Assembly (NCBI GenBank): GCA_050916045.1
Contig: CP051526.1
Coordinates: forward strand, 2,176,001-2,240,000
Source of the DNA: Tepidisphaera sp.
Lineage (GTDB): Bacteria; Planctomycetota; Phycisphaerae; Phycisphaerales; UBA1924
Length of the DNA: 64,000 bases
Direction of reading: 5' to 3'
The position numbers and the translations under genes are program-made. Below the pieces are notes generated by a model that saw nothing but the letters and a program-made list of their open reading frames with translations, was not told the DNA's origin and did no database searches. Of this stretch, positions 21,101 to 29,118 are shown piece after piece (position 1 is the stretch's first letter; each line of letters begins with the position of its first letter).

Positions 21101-23437
21101 GCAAACTCAAGCGCGATCGAGTATCGGACGGGCCAGATCACACGGCAGCTCACCTCCCCCCACACAACGACGGGCACACTTGCCGAGATTTCGGCGTTCA
21201 AGCGGACGGGTTCCGGCCTCCGCGTGGAAACCGTCCTCGCCCAGTACGCCTCCGCGCAACGCTTCTTCACCGTCGGCGGTTCCTACGCGGACGGCTATCC
21301 CGGCCTGGATCGTCAAGGCCGACCTAAGAGCCTGAACTTCCGAAACACGAACACCGCCGCCGCGGTGCAGTACAAAGCGGACTACCAGTATTCCGCGGCC
21401 GGCGAACGCATCGCCGCCCGCGTCACTCAGGCCACGCTCAACACCATCGCGCACGACAACGATCGCTCGTGGGCGCTGCGGTACGACGTTCTCGGCCAGA
21501 TGATCGGCGCTGACACGGGCGAGCTCTCGGCAACACTGCCCGAGATCGAGCTCGCGAGCGTCACCACTTCGCCGCGACTGGCTTCGTGGAACATGGACCC
21601 CCGTGGAAACTGGACCGGGAACTCAGCCAACGCCTTCGGCAAGGTGGTCCAATTGGACCTCACGCCGATCCCAGGGCTTGAAACACTCTCGGCGGATCAT
21701 GCTATTGACGCACAGAACAAAATTCTGACCGAAACCCATCGCGACAACTCATCCGGCACCACCGTCACCACCGCGCGAGACTTCATCTACGACGCCGCGG
21801 GAAATCTCGTCGCCGATGAACGGTTCTGGTATCAGTACGACGGATGGGGACGGTTGGTCCAGGTCGATCTCATCGGCACCCTTGGCGAGTTCTCCGCTGC
21901 AGGGAGGCCGACAACCGGTGAATCGGGCGGGTGGCTGACCCACTACACCTACGACGGCCTTGGTCGTCTGGTCCGCCGTCAGTCGGCGGCAACGCCCGGT
22001 CCGACGAACACCAACCTCCGCACGGAACGCTACTACCACGACGGTGTTCGTCGCATTCAGGAGATCTTCATCGATCCCATCGCGGCGACCGGCGGGAGTG
22101 GAGGCGGCGCGAACTCGGGCGTTATCGAGAATGGCCTCGCGAATCAGACAGCTCCGTACTGCAACCGCGAGTACATCTGGGGTCCGGGTGATGTCCACGG
22201 CTTGGATGAGATCGTCGCCCAGATCGATCGCTTCAGCGTCACATGGGCCACACTTCAGGATGCAAGCGGCGATGTGGTCGCTCTCGTCAAGCCGATCTCG
22301 GTATCTTCCGGCGGAACGGTTGGTGTGCAGTATGCATGGTCGCCGGCGGGCGAGTTGATGGCGATGGATGTCAATGCTTCGGTAAGCAACGTACCCGAGA
22401 ACCGCTTGGGCCACCGCGCCCTGTTTTACGACCGCTTTGAATCCACGCCGACGGGTCCTCCGCTCGTCGCGGATCCCACTTCCCAAGTCGAGCGCGGGTT
22501 CTTCCACGCTCGCAATCGAGTCTATTCGCCGTGGACGGGGCGATTCCTGCAGCGGGATCCCAACGCAAGCGGCTTGCTCGTGCTCTCCGACGCGGCCCAC
22601 TTGGGTGCGCTCATAGGAACGGACGTGGGCGACGTGTCGCTAGCACGTATGTTCACAGACGGCCCAAGCCTCTACGGGTACGTTCGTGGGAATCCGCTGT
22701 TGGGGCCGGGGGATCCCCTGGGTTTGTTCATTGAGCTTCTCGGCCCGACCAACCTCACCGAATTCGAAGTGGATGAGGCCCAGCGGGTGATGGAAGCAGG
22801 CGAAGACGCTAGGCAAGCGGTCCGCGCCATTGCGGGAGGGTACGCCCAAGCGATGGCGGAAATGCTGGAGGATGTCACTGATTTCAGCGCTTCAGACGAT
22901 ATCTTCCGCGGAGGCGAGGACGGAGAGGACGAAGAGATAGACGAAGCGTCCGTGGAGGGTGGCTCATCGGGCTATTACGACTCTCAGAAGCAGTGGCGAG
23001 GACCCATGGCTGGGATTGCCGGAGCGTCCGGCAGCGAGACCGTGGCGAAAAGAGTTGGGGCTGGCGCAGCGAAAAGAACCATTGGAGCAAACGCGAATCG
23101 GGGTCTGCGTGGAGAGGCGATGGCCCGAAAGCTCTTCGGAGGTTCCAAGCCTGGAGGCATCACCATCAACGGCACAACACGCTTCTACGACAATTTTAGC
23201 AAGGCAAAGAAGTTCCAGGAAGTCAAGGTGGGCCGGCGCGACCTAACCGGTCGTACAGGCGTTCAGGCAAAACTTGACGTACAGTTTGCCTCTCCTACTA
23301 AGCCGGTGCAATGGGTTTTCTTCACCAGCCGACGTACAGGCTTGGGGGGTCCGACGAAGAGACTTCGAAAGGAGCTTGAGAAGAACCCAAATATTACGAT
23401 TATCTTCCGCACCGGAAAGAAGACCGCGAGGCAATGA
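15161..23437 (+). CDS. rhs: Rhs/YD-repeat polymorphic toxin (2758 aa) with Sec signal peptide and putative PD-(D/E)XK nuclease C-terminus
   Basis: GGAGA RBS, then MSVRLVLASALSLSVFAPRLLAQ. DUF6531-like IVDLVTGKPLIQEEDFALP. Many YD repeats. Core HARNRVYSPWTGRFLQRDP...LYGYVRGNP...DPLGL. C-terminus has RGEAM/RFYD/EVKVG. Confidence 0.92.
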   Translation: MSVRLVLASALSLSVFAPRLLAQTEPTRSQIPVVPISTPCSTSDFRLWGGWFSEHQPAHANPHQGPVHPSPPYADGDLGFYQQVHPSWAISQGTFAPRYADFRRGSYPMVPAEEMGGGTTPRFERALAGGIVDLVTGKPLIQEEDFALPFGGAEFRHLRTSTVRHYANENNYLSAMLDKESTEWLDWHGYSWMMSESPVLLVDLAFGDVQFDRGRRCYFVPDAFHAIPFDFDTDNGQYTAPPRFRAGLTYRDGYTWVSEDPGLNPNGGSWSFNGSPTPGGHGPDEFYLHLDGGALTYTFKVVFNSTPQYAADGSLLNSHEQPTTVLGSWNPATAPTSVADPSISGFGVPRIALLKQIEDRRGNRVEIDHVEVEQFSGPEFDADDPTTFPAVQGCFQNTNALGQISRVRLTIPNGESRQTAWTLFYIYRAFDDCFLKEYGGLVRRFGQLRKPVLVDSIVAYEGEPAGTPAWANGFTIPPGNFEEDEGSFTAMRAVHDMNVLQFSSPEVSWEFPATWSVHSRYLYSEPYSVAQGSPTQCYTPMTGFTSASVKSDIEPYLLMRTVRSQTFVGTSSVVTSDHRVYKYTDPQWEGVSISPSPTGYDPYPSQQLSYVFANDTIESIIDRPFTGFDIPDDKLKPSDLIGLSTPTEISVIQQAEEDPELIALGDLADLRLFRMHQDTLPQQLNSQAVMSNAFRHDPYTGQLVDAIGSTTDISGNRLFAGNEHFVELLVLAQGAFGEHAFSVYPFAVIPAHVASPTISAGAYCADHHEEVVGSIWPMSWHYLGRGMFHDPFLYGITWQSTGVEESYTQVQADWSADAWIHVVEEYPSAKAGLALWPTNGEGTPLPALPRAKVVTEGGTTRITSNRPVTRRYVSSVNAAGHMLREKEWTFDDAGRIQPGEENGIGGSLGYDDDRRVIWRQAPSALTESERDTASLVEMFEYGPDDVNGKPSQQVVRTSIKWGKTGTPYAVKSFEHHGSRPELVIAEIQHGDGTTEIRTDTYYEFDTEGWPTVDSKIRRTTVARPAVFRDSSGTQYRPVVREEFDDSGRVVWRGQGLMKVTGPTDEHWKEPADADDFFTVDHFQYDVQGRILVHVFDVNTASPASALIQGSGPAATVGTVPAAFVRQDADNPTAAHECVKYEYGNLGLERTHYPNGKSTVVTYAQQDGDLIESTYPNVNVSGTGDLYAGATAGSARVYRNSRIVQEDRLVWQPNASSSDLANLTSINMARFTPTYDAAGRLATLDLADQKSGEQIRKRQRVDQFGELTREESVEGLVTRTERDYRGRVWRVFRGTEDGDKYWYGTPTDQGPDNMLLVEKRAYGVENPKDCLKVTQVRRYLDRLPLAGVAQLQYDRWNDDQDLYGQVETTEYDWRSRPVRTIKSNCAPDPVTGLPVLTPLSYTDRFIDMLGRERFVATYGATPSALNPAELPDADSTPSAVDILTAAPSSIIGLTENLYDDAGNIVELRTYAVKTAAGTIDTSGTNYLSSKTYRDGAGRVLMTVSSGGVITKHRYDSKGREIDARTLVGGIETSRTISTYDNDGRVIKSERRDRMHNASVTTLDDSTTPQYISTYAMNWYDESSGRLLATADLGTASTTDVFAPNASSAVTIPAAQLIVDAIPNPYLATPESTSQWRLKSPARGEGASFSPALPAGAMVTRYEYDKGGRQYRVIDAQTGRVTEQMFDGFGQVVCKLEYPETDLVASPTPDGSVPRRLTFYRYAKGKLTGIASVTPATPALPMIQPADVGMDDRWDDVSKPFLVDPLAPVAQWADIQITTLLAKADVVDTSGNVITEDPTLVGSLRMPYGDGETPKFLSFTYQSDGKLASRKDQRDVEFTYSYDGLDRIRLLDVSYPWEPSPVGTLPPDRVGRIEYEYDAATLRLKSLIAKTKQDPSSPGDPPSYVVAGTAFAYDGRGNLTRDYQEIGAAASTTGTLSPYTQYLWTYATAHSGGANFSRLELITYPKRPGSVAGGRRVQMEYGANSSAIEYRTGQITRQLTSPHTTTGTLAEISAFKRTGSGLRVETVLAQYASAQRFFTVGGSYADGYPGLDRQGRPKSLNFRNTNTAAAVQYKADYQYSAAGERIAARVTQATLNTIAHDNDRSWALRYDVLGQMIGADTGELSATLPEIELASVTTSPRLASWNMDPRGNWTGNSANAFGKVVQLDLTPIPGLETLSADHAIDAQNKILTETHRDNSSGTTVTTARDFIYDAAGNLVADERFWYQYDGWGRLVQVDLIGTLGEFSAAGRPTTGESGGWLTHYTYDGLGRLVRRQSAATPGPTNTNLRTERYYHDGVRRIQEIFIDPIAATGGSGGGANSGVIENGLANQTAPYCNREYIWGPGDVHGLDEIVAQIDRFSVTWATLQDASGDVVALVKPISVSSGGTVGVQYAWSPAGELMAMDVNASVSNVPENRLGHRALFYDRFESTPTGPPLVADPTSQVERGFFHARNRVYSPWTGRFLQRDPNASGLLVLSDAAHLGALIGTDVGDVSLARMFTDGPSLYGYVRGNPLLGPGDPLGLFIELLGPTNLTEFEVDEAQRVMEAGEDARQAVRAIAGGYAQAMAEMLEDVTDFSASDDIFRGGEDGEDEEIDEASVEGGSSGYYDSQKQWRGPMAGIAGASGSETVAKRVGAGAAKRTIGANANRGLRGEAMARKLFGGSKPGGITINGTTRFYDNFSKAKKFQEVKVGRRDLTGRTGVQAKLDVQFASPTKPVQWVFFTSRRTGLGGPTKRLRKELEKNPNITIIFRTGKKTARQ

Positions 23438-24043
23438 ATGAACACATACCCTCAGTTTAATCCCCCACTCTCTGTTTCGAACACCATTCTCAAGGGACGG
23501 AAGTTGTCCCAAGGACAAGCGGTAGAGTTTCTCGGATGGCTGACCGCGGCGGTCGAGCGTCGAACGAACGCGCTCCTCGAGTACCTGAAGCTTGACTTTG
23601 ACCCCGATCCAGAACGAACCTTGATGCAATTCGGGATCGCCATGAAAAGGACTCTTGGACGACGGGAGATGGCGAACAAAGGGAAGCTGGAGCTGCTGGA
23701 AAGCGGATGCTCTGTCGCAATCGATGGAGGGCTTCTGATTTGCCGCTTGCTCACGCTTCAACCTGATCTCGATGCTCGTTGGGAGATCTTTACGCATCAT
23801 CCACGAGCCGCTTCGTACATGCTACCGGTGCTTCGAGTATGTCCGGAAGAGGAAGGGCTGTGGGTGTGCGATCCTCTTCATGAGGGCAATGACGCGGCCA
23901 TCGCTTGCCTTCGGGACGGCTCAACAACGCACTGGTATCGACTTTACCTTGTGTGGCGAACGAGGAACTTCCAAGCGGCTGTGCTAGATCGAGCAAAATC
24001 AGCGGGCGCTTCGAGAAGATCTCCCCGCGTAACCCGTAAGTAG
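23438..24043 (+). CDS. Probable cognate immunity protein
   Basis: 201-aa ORF starting on the base after the Rhs stop. No signal peptide. Visibly AT-richer, like the toxin tip. Call rests on position. Confidence 0.7.
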   Translation: MNTYPQFNPPLSVSNTILKGRKLSQGQAVEFLGWLTAAVERRTNALLEYLKLDFDPDPERTLMQFGIAMKRTLGRREMANKGKLELLESGCSVAIDGGLLICRLLTLQPDLDARWEIFTHHPRAASYMLPVLRVCPEEEGLWVCDPLHEGNDAAIACLRDGSTTHWYRLYLVWRTRNFQAAVLDRAKSAGASRRSPRVTRK

Positions 24044-24396
24044 CCAGATCTTCATGGCCGCTGCAACTGACCATGCAAAACCAACACTCTGGGGACACTC
24101 TGGCGCTCGCCTCTGACTTCGCTTCCGCCCGAAACGACCAACCACGCCGCTGGACTGAGCGTCGATTTCGAGCTCGCGGCATGTGGTGGACAGAGGTAGC
24201 CCAACTCGCGATTGAGCCGTTTCCAGATTCCCACGTCAGACCGCTTGGTCGGGCAACCACATCCCGATCCGCCTACGAACCGTTTTTATGAGACTCATGC
24301 CCCTTCGACCCCACAGTTTTTCTCGAGCTACTTGTGCGACTCGGCCAAAGCTGTTGTAATGTCTACCCGGCGCCGTACGCGGCGATCGAGAAGGAG

Positions 24397-25623
24397 ATGA
24401 GCACCTTGTTCAAGAAGTCCACTACCGTACGAACCGCCCTCGCGCCAGCTATGTGCGTGATCTCGACGCTCCCCCTGGCCCCCGACGTCAACGCCCAATG
24501 GCTTGTCACGAGCCTTCACCCCGCGGCCGGCACTCCCTATTCCGCAGCCGTAGGAGCGGGTGGTGGTCAGCAAGTTGGCTGGTCCTCCCCACGGCAAGGC
24601 ACCATGAACGCCTGCTTGTGGGTCTCTTCGAGGTCTTCGTGGGTCAATCTCAATCCGTCAGTGAAGATCAATTCCGCCGCCTACGCCACTGATGGAGAGC
24701 ATCAAGTCGGGTATGCAATCCTGCGAGGAGTCAATCGCGCGGTCATGTGGTCCGGCACCGCGAGCTCAATAGTGGAACTCCATCCGGCGGGCGCGGTTCG
24801 CTCTGATGCCTTTGCTCTGCACGGCAACCGACAAGGGGGAACGGTGATACCTGCGGGCGCGGGTCGCAGAGCTAGCCTTTGGACCGGGACGCCGGAATCT
24901 TGGGTCGACCTGCACCCCGTGGGCGCGACGAGCTCGGATCTCACGGCGATGGGAGAAACGCAGCAAGTGGGATACGCGAGAGTCGGCGGAGTCGACCGCG
25001 CTTCCCTTTGGACTGGAACTGCCGATTCGTGGGTTGACCTTCAACCGCCAAGTGCGTCGACCTCGCGAGCCTATGCCGTCGGCGATGGATGGCAGGCCGG
25101 GCACGCCCTGATCAATGGTTCCGAGCACGCCGGGCTGTGGCGGGGCACGCCAGAGTCCTGGGTCGACCTCCATCCGGCCGGAGCGACCGGATCAGGCGTC
25201 TTGGGGGGCAACTCGGACTTCCAGGTCGGTCGAGCGATGGTTGCAGGTTCTTGGCACGCGGGCGTGTGGGTTGGCTCCGCGGACTCATGGATCGACCTTC
25301 ATCAGTTCCTTCCTTCAAACTTCGCATACAGCTACGCGCACGGTGTGCAGCGAGATGGGGACACTCTGAGGGTGTGCGGGTGGGGGTTCAACTCGACCAC
25401 AAACCGAAGGGAAGCACAGCTCTGGACGGGGCCGGTTCCCCCGATCCCTTGCCGGGCCGACTTCAACGCGGATGGGTTTCTCGACTTCTTCGACTACCTT
25501 GAGTTCGTCGAGTGCTTCGAGACTGGCGTTTGTGGAGGCAACTCGGGAGACTTCAACCGGGACGGGTTCGTTGACTTCTTCGACTACGCGGATTTCGTCG
25601 CCCTCTTCGAGTCGGGATGCTGA
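24397..25623 (+). CDS. Secreted repeat protein with C-terminal GC-type dockerin-like module
   Basis: About six repeats of 'A.LW.GT..SWVDLHP'. C-terminus CRADFNADGFLDFFDY...DFNRDGFVDFFDYADFVALFESGC. Start uncertain (24397 or 24451). Confidence 0.8.
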   Translation: MSTLFKKSTTVRTALAPAMCVISTLPLAPDVNAQWLVTSLHPAAGTPYSAAVGAGGGQQVGWSSPRQGTMNACLWVSSRSSWVNLNPSVKINSAAYATDGEHQVGYAILRGVNRAVMWSGTASSIVELHPAGAVRSDAFALHGNRQGGTVIPAGAGRRASLWTGTPESWVDLHPVGATSSDLTAMGETQQVGYARVGGVDRASLWTGTADSWVDLQPPSASTSRAYAVGDGWQAGHALINGSEHAGLWRGTPESWVDLHPAGATGSGVLGGNSDFQVGRAMVAGSWHAGVWVGSADSWIDLHQFLPSNFAYSYAHGVQRDGDTLRVCGWGFNSTTNRREAQLWTGPVPPIPCRADFNADGFLDFFDYLEFVECFETGVCGGNSGDFNRDGFVDFFDYADFVALFESGC

Positions 25624-25759
25624 GCGGCCAAGATCGTCTCAGTGTCTCGTGACCAGGTCGCCGATTCAGATCCCCTCCGCGGAAGTTGCCCGATCGGCTC
25701 GGCAAGCCTTGGGAACCATCCCTGCTGGCCTAACTCCGCTCTCGCCTTCACGTATCTTC

Positions 25760-28700
25760 CTACCCATGTACCAGTCCGATCTCGAGAACCTCCGGTATTC
25801 TTTGGGGGTCGTAGCACGCTCTGAAAGCCCATCTCCCATGCTTGCCGGCGTTGTTGACCGCCGAGACCCACCGCTGTGCCGCCTGGTGTTTGGCGGATAC
25901 TTGTGCGTCGCTGCGCCCCTTCGTCTCTAGAAGGACATGCACGCCCGATTTGAGACGCACGATGAAATCCGGCGTGTAGGAGTGTTCCAGTCCCTGAAAC
26001 TCGTAGGGAATCACGAGCCCCAAGTGATCGTTTCGGACGTAGCAGTCCACGTCCTCGGACGCCTCAAGCCAGAACTCCGTGCTCGCCTCCCAGACCGAAT
26101 CGAGAACCACCTGATTCACATGGCTCCGATTCGTCGGCCTGACGGGTCGCTTGGTCCAGAAGTCCACGTCCCCCGAGGTGCCTTCGGCCTTGTATCTGTT
26201 TGGAATCGGCATGAGCGGCGGCTCGCCCTCGGCTTCGTCGGGCTCGATCGCGTCGCAGAAGTACCCCACCATCCGCTGAACGTACTTCTCCATCCCGAGT
26301 TCCTGCTCGGGGCCACCTCGGAAGTCCACCTTGGTCCGGACATAGTCGTCCACGAATCTCAGTACCTGAGGGAACAACTGGTGCCGCGAGCGCAGACGGA
26401 ACACCCGGAGTTTCGCATCGGATACCGGCTTCTCTCCCGCGCTTGAATCGACGCCCGACAGCCGAGCCACGATCAGCCGTGCGATCTGGAACTTGATCGC
26501 CTGGAGGTGCGTGTGGGCGTAGAACTGCCGACGGTCCTGCCGCTCAAACCCGAAGGGTGCCGCGTTGGACGGCGCGCCCTCTTCGTATCCCACCGTCGGG
26601 CGGAGAAACGTCGCCGTCGGCTCGTGCTCCGGCTCGATCTCCATCGGTTCCATCGCCGGAACGTCACACTTCACTCGGTTCTTCTGGAGCGCAAAGGCGT
26701 ACCCCTCCACCACGGGGAATCGGATCTCCATCGCAGCCCGCTCGGGCAACGCCCGGACGTGATTGAGCGGTCGATCATCCGGCTCTTCCTTCCCCGCGAC
26801 GCGCCCCTTGAACGGGATCACCGAGAACGGGATCCCATAGATATCGACGTACTCCTCCGGAAGCAGTCCCGTTTCCTTGTCCGGGGTGTAGTTCATCCGG
26901 CGCAGGCCCCGTCCGACCACCTGCTCACAGAGGAGTTGGCTCCCGAACGCTCGAATCCCGAAGATGTGGGTGACGTTGTTCGCGTCCCATCCTTCCGTCA
27001 ACATCGCCACCGACACCACGCACCGGATGTGCTCGCCGGGCTGCCCGCGCTTGCCGACCGTCGCCACGACCTTCCGCAACGCCTCTGCGGCTTGCTGCTT
27101 GTTCTGGGTCGGGTCCTCGCTCTCGGCCTTCGACAGCAGGTCGTTATCGATTCGCAGCGTGCGGCGCAAGCCGGGCTCGTTCGCGAAATACGCCGGGAAG
27201 ATGGCCCCGTGCCCATAGGACACCTTCGGCTTTCCCTTGCCTTTGGCCTTCCCCTTGGCCTTGGGCGCGTCCTCGTCCCCGTCGGCGTCCTCTTCACTCT
27301 CCACCTCGGCCACATCCTCAGCGGTGGCCGCTTCGATCGGTTCCTCGCCGCTGATCTTCCGATAAAACAATTCCGCCACATCGACGTTGTCGCACACGAG
27401 AATCAGCACCGGGGGCGTCCGATCCTGTCCGTCTGTGGCCTCCTGCATGTAGTTGAACTTCTCCACCCACTGCCCGGCAAGTTGCTTGAGCGCGGGCTCA
27501 GCCTCGCGGTAGATCACCTCCGGCTTGGGCTTCTTCGCCCGCCCCGCGAGGAACTCGCCCGGCTTCATCTTCTCTTTGATCGCGTGCCACAACCTGAAAT
27601 ACTTCGGCTCCGGCTGCCCCGTTGAATCGATCACCGGCAGCCTCGGGATCTTGACGATCCCGCTCTCGATTGCGTCCACCAAGCCGAAGTCGCTCACGAG
27701 CCACGGGAATGGACTCCCCTCGGTGTATCCGCTCCCGCCGATATAGAACGGCGTCGCCGACAGGTCCACGCACATCGCAATTCCCGGCGCAGGCTGGCCC
27801 GTCTTCCGACCTCCGGCGTAGTTGTTGATCTTGTCCAGGCCCTCAAGCCAGATCCGCGCTTCCTCGTTCTCCGATTGCGCCTCCTTGAGTTCCTCGGGCG
27901 TCAATTTGGCTTTCGCCTCGTCCGTGAGCGGCGCAGGCCGATAGCAGTGATGCGCCTCGTCATTCAGCACCATCACCGGCAGCCGGTCGTAGAGATCGCC
28001 CAGGACCCGCCGGGCGAACGCCTCGGGCGTCTCCGTCCCTTTGTTGACCACGGCGTAACTCTTCCCGCCCTCGTGGTGCTCGCTTTGCGGGGCAAACTGG
28101 TGCCAGTTCTCGACAATCACCCGTCCGTTCTGCATGAGCGGGCGGAGTTTCGCCGGGACGATATCGAACTCGCCGTAGTAGTTGTCCGCACGTTCGGGCC
28201 GGAGCACCTGGAGACGCTCTTTCACAGTCAGGTTCGGACAGCACACAAGCACCGCCGACGGGAATCGCTCGTCGCTCGGGTTTCGCCCCCGGTTGCAGAA
28301 CGCCCATGAGATCAGCATCGACATCACGACCGTCTTCCCCGACCCCGTCGCCATCTTGCACCCAAAGCGTGCCAACGGCAACAGGTCCGGGTTCGGCGAC
28401 GCATCGATCAGCTTGCTCAGGCTGCCCGGAAGAAACTCCGGGTTGAACCGAGGCCGACGCCCGCTCTTGATGATCTCAGCGAGATAGATCACCGTCTCGA
28501 CCGCTTCCCGCTGACAGAAAAACAGCCGCCGGGCACGGTCCGGCGATGCCCACCATCGCAGCAACTCCCGCGTCACCGGCGTCACGCCCTCGTACTGACT
28601 GTCCCGCCACCTCGCCACGTCCTCCCGGAGTTGGTTGACCATGTGCAGGTCATCCTGACCCTCGGAAAGCCCCTCGGCGGTCAGCGTCATCTGCCCCGCG

Positions 28701-28873
28701 ACATCGTCCTTGGTCTTGTACCAGTACCGCGACGGACGCCGACCAGCGGCCTTGGTCCACACGCCCGACGTGCGATCACAATGCCAGTGCAGCAGCGGCG
28801 GCTCGTAGGGGCTGCACAGGATCGGCTTATCAACGGGCTGGATCGGGACCTGATTGAAGGTTGGCGTTGTCAA
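25760..28873 (-). CDS. res: Type III restriction enzyme Res-like subunit (SF2 helicase plus nuclease)
   Basis: FFCQREAVET, KMATGSGKT, NDEAHHCY, DLSATP, MLTEGWD, QVVGRGLRR, C-terminal YTPDFIV...LETKG. Confidence 0.9.
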   Translation of the reverse strand: MTTPTFNQVPIQPVDKPILCSPYEPPLLHWHCDRTSGVWTKAAGRRPSRYWYKTKDDVAGQMTLTAEGLSEGQDDLHMVNQLREDVARWRDSQYEGVTPVTRELLRWWASPDRARRLFFCQREAVETVIYLAEIIKSGRRPRFNPEFLPGSLSKLIDASPNPDLLPLARFGCKMATGSGKTVVMSMLISWAFCNRGRNPSDERFPSAVLVCCPNLTVKERLQVLRPERADNYYGEFDIVPAKLRPLMQNGRVIVENWHQFAPQSEHHEGGKSYAVVNKGTETPEAFARRVLGDLYDRLPVMVLNDEAHHCYRPAPLTDEAKAKLTPEELKEAQSENEEARIWLEGLDKINNYAGGRKTGQPAPGIAMCVDLSATPFYIGGSGYTEGSPFPWLVSDFGLVDAIESGIVKIPRLPVIDSTGQPEPKYFRLWHAIKEKMKPGEFLAGRAKKPKPEVIYREAEPALKQLAGQWVEKFNYMQEATDGQDRTPPVLILVCDNVDVAELFYRKISGEEPIEAATAEDVAEVESEEDADGDEDAPKAKGKAKGKGKPKVSYGHGAIFPAYFANEPGLRRTLRIDNDLLSKAESEDPTQNKQQAAEALRKVVATVGKRGQPGEHIRCVVSVAMLTEGWDANNVTHIFGIRAFGSQLLCEQVVGRGLRRMNYTPDKETGLLPEEYVDIYGIPFSVIPFKGRVAGKEEPDDRPLNHVRALPERAAMEIRFPVVEGYAFALQKNRVKCDVPAMEPMEIEPEHEPTATFLRPTVGYEEGAPSNAAPFGFERQDRRQFYAHTHLQAIKFQIARLIVARLSGVDSSAGEKPVSDAKLRVFRLRSRHQLFPQVLRFVDDYVRTKVDFRGGPEQELGMEKYVQRMVGYFCDAIEPDEAEGEPPLMPIPNRYKAEGTSGDVDFWTKRPVRPTNRSHVNQVVLDSVWEASTEFWLEASEDVDCYVRNDHLGLVIPYEFQGLEHSYTPDFIVRLKSGVHVLLETKGRSDAQVSAKHQAAQRWVSAVNNAGKHGRWAFRACYDPQRIPEVLEIGLVHG

Positions 28874-28881
28874 GGCATGCC

Positions 28882-29103
28882 TCAGTTCATCTTGCGCTTG
28901 GTGCCATGCTCCTCAAGCAAGCTTGCCAGCCTCTTCCAGTTCAGGTGGAATCCCTGAGAGTGGTCCCGAGGGACCCAGAAGGCACCGCCTTGACTGATCT
29001 TCAGTTCGCCGAACTTCGCACCGTTCGACTTCACCGAGAACTCAATGTCCTTGTACGCGAGCGGACGCGAGGGTACCGAGAACTTCACCTCATGCTTTGC
29101 CAT
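28882..29103 (-). CDS. Small hypothetical protein between mod and res
   Basis: 73 aa with a GGAGG RBS, tightly packed between the two R-M genes. Confidence 0.7.
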   Translation of the reverse strand: MAKHEVKFSVPSRPLAYKDIEFSVKSNGAKFGELKISQGGAFWVPRDHSQGFHLNWKRLASLLEEHGTKRKMN

Positions 29104-29118
29104 CGAATCGCCTCCAAT

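Noticed and set aside
23100..23437. Idea that the toxin is a Burkholderia 1026b-type tRNA-Ala nuclease matching the tRNA-Ala integration site
   Set aside because: The motif pattern (RFYD...EVKVG) does not match that family as I recall it, and the substrate cannot be read from sequence.
24073..24291. 72-aa ORF after the immunity gene as an orphan toxin or immunity module
   Set aside because: No Rhs core remnant, clear RBS or recognisable motif.
24640..25320. Periodic TGGGTCGACCT-like repeats as a CRISPR array
   Set aside because: They are degenerate in-frame protein repeats (SWVDLHP), and no cas genes are present.
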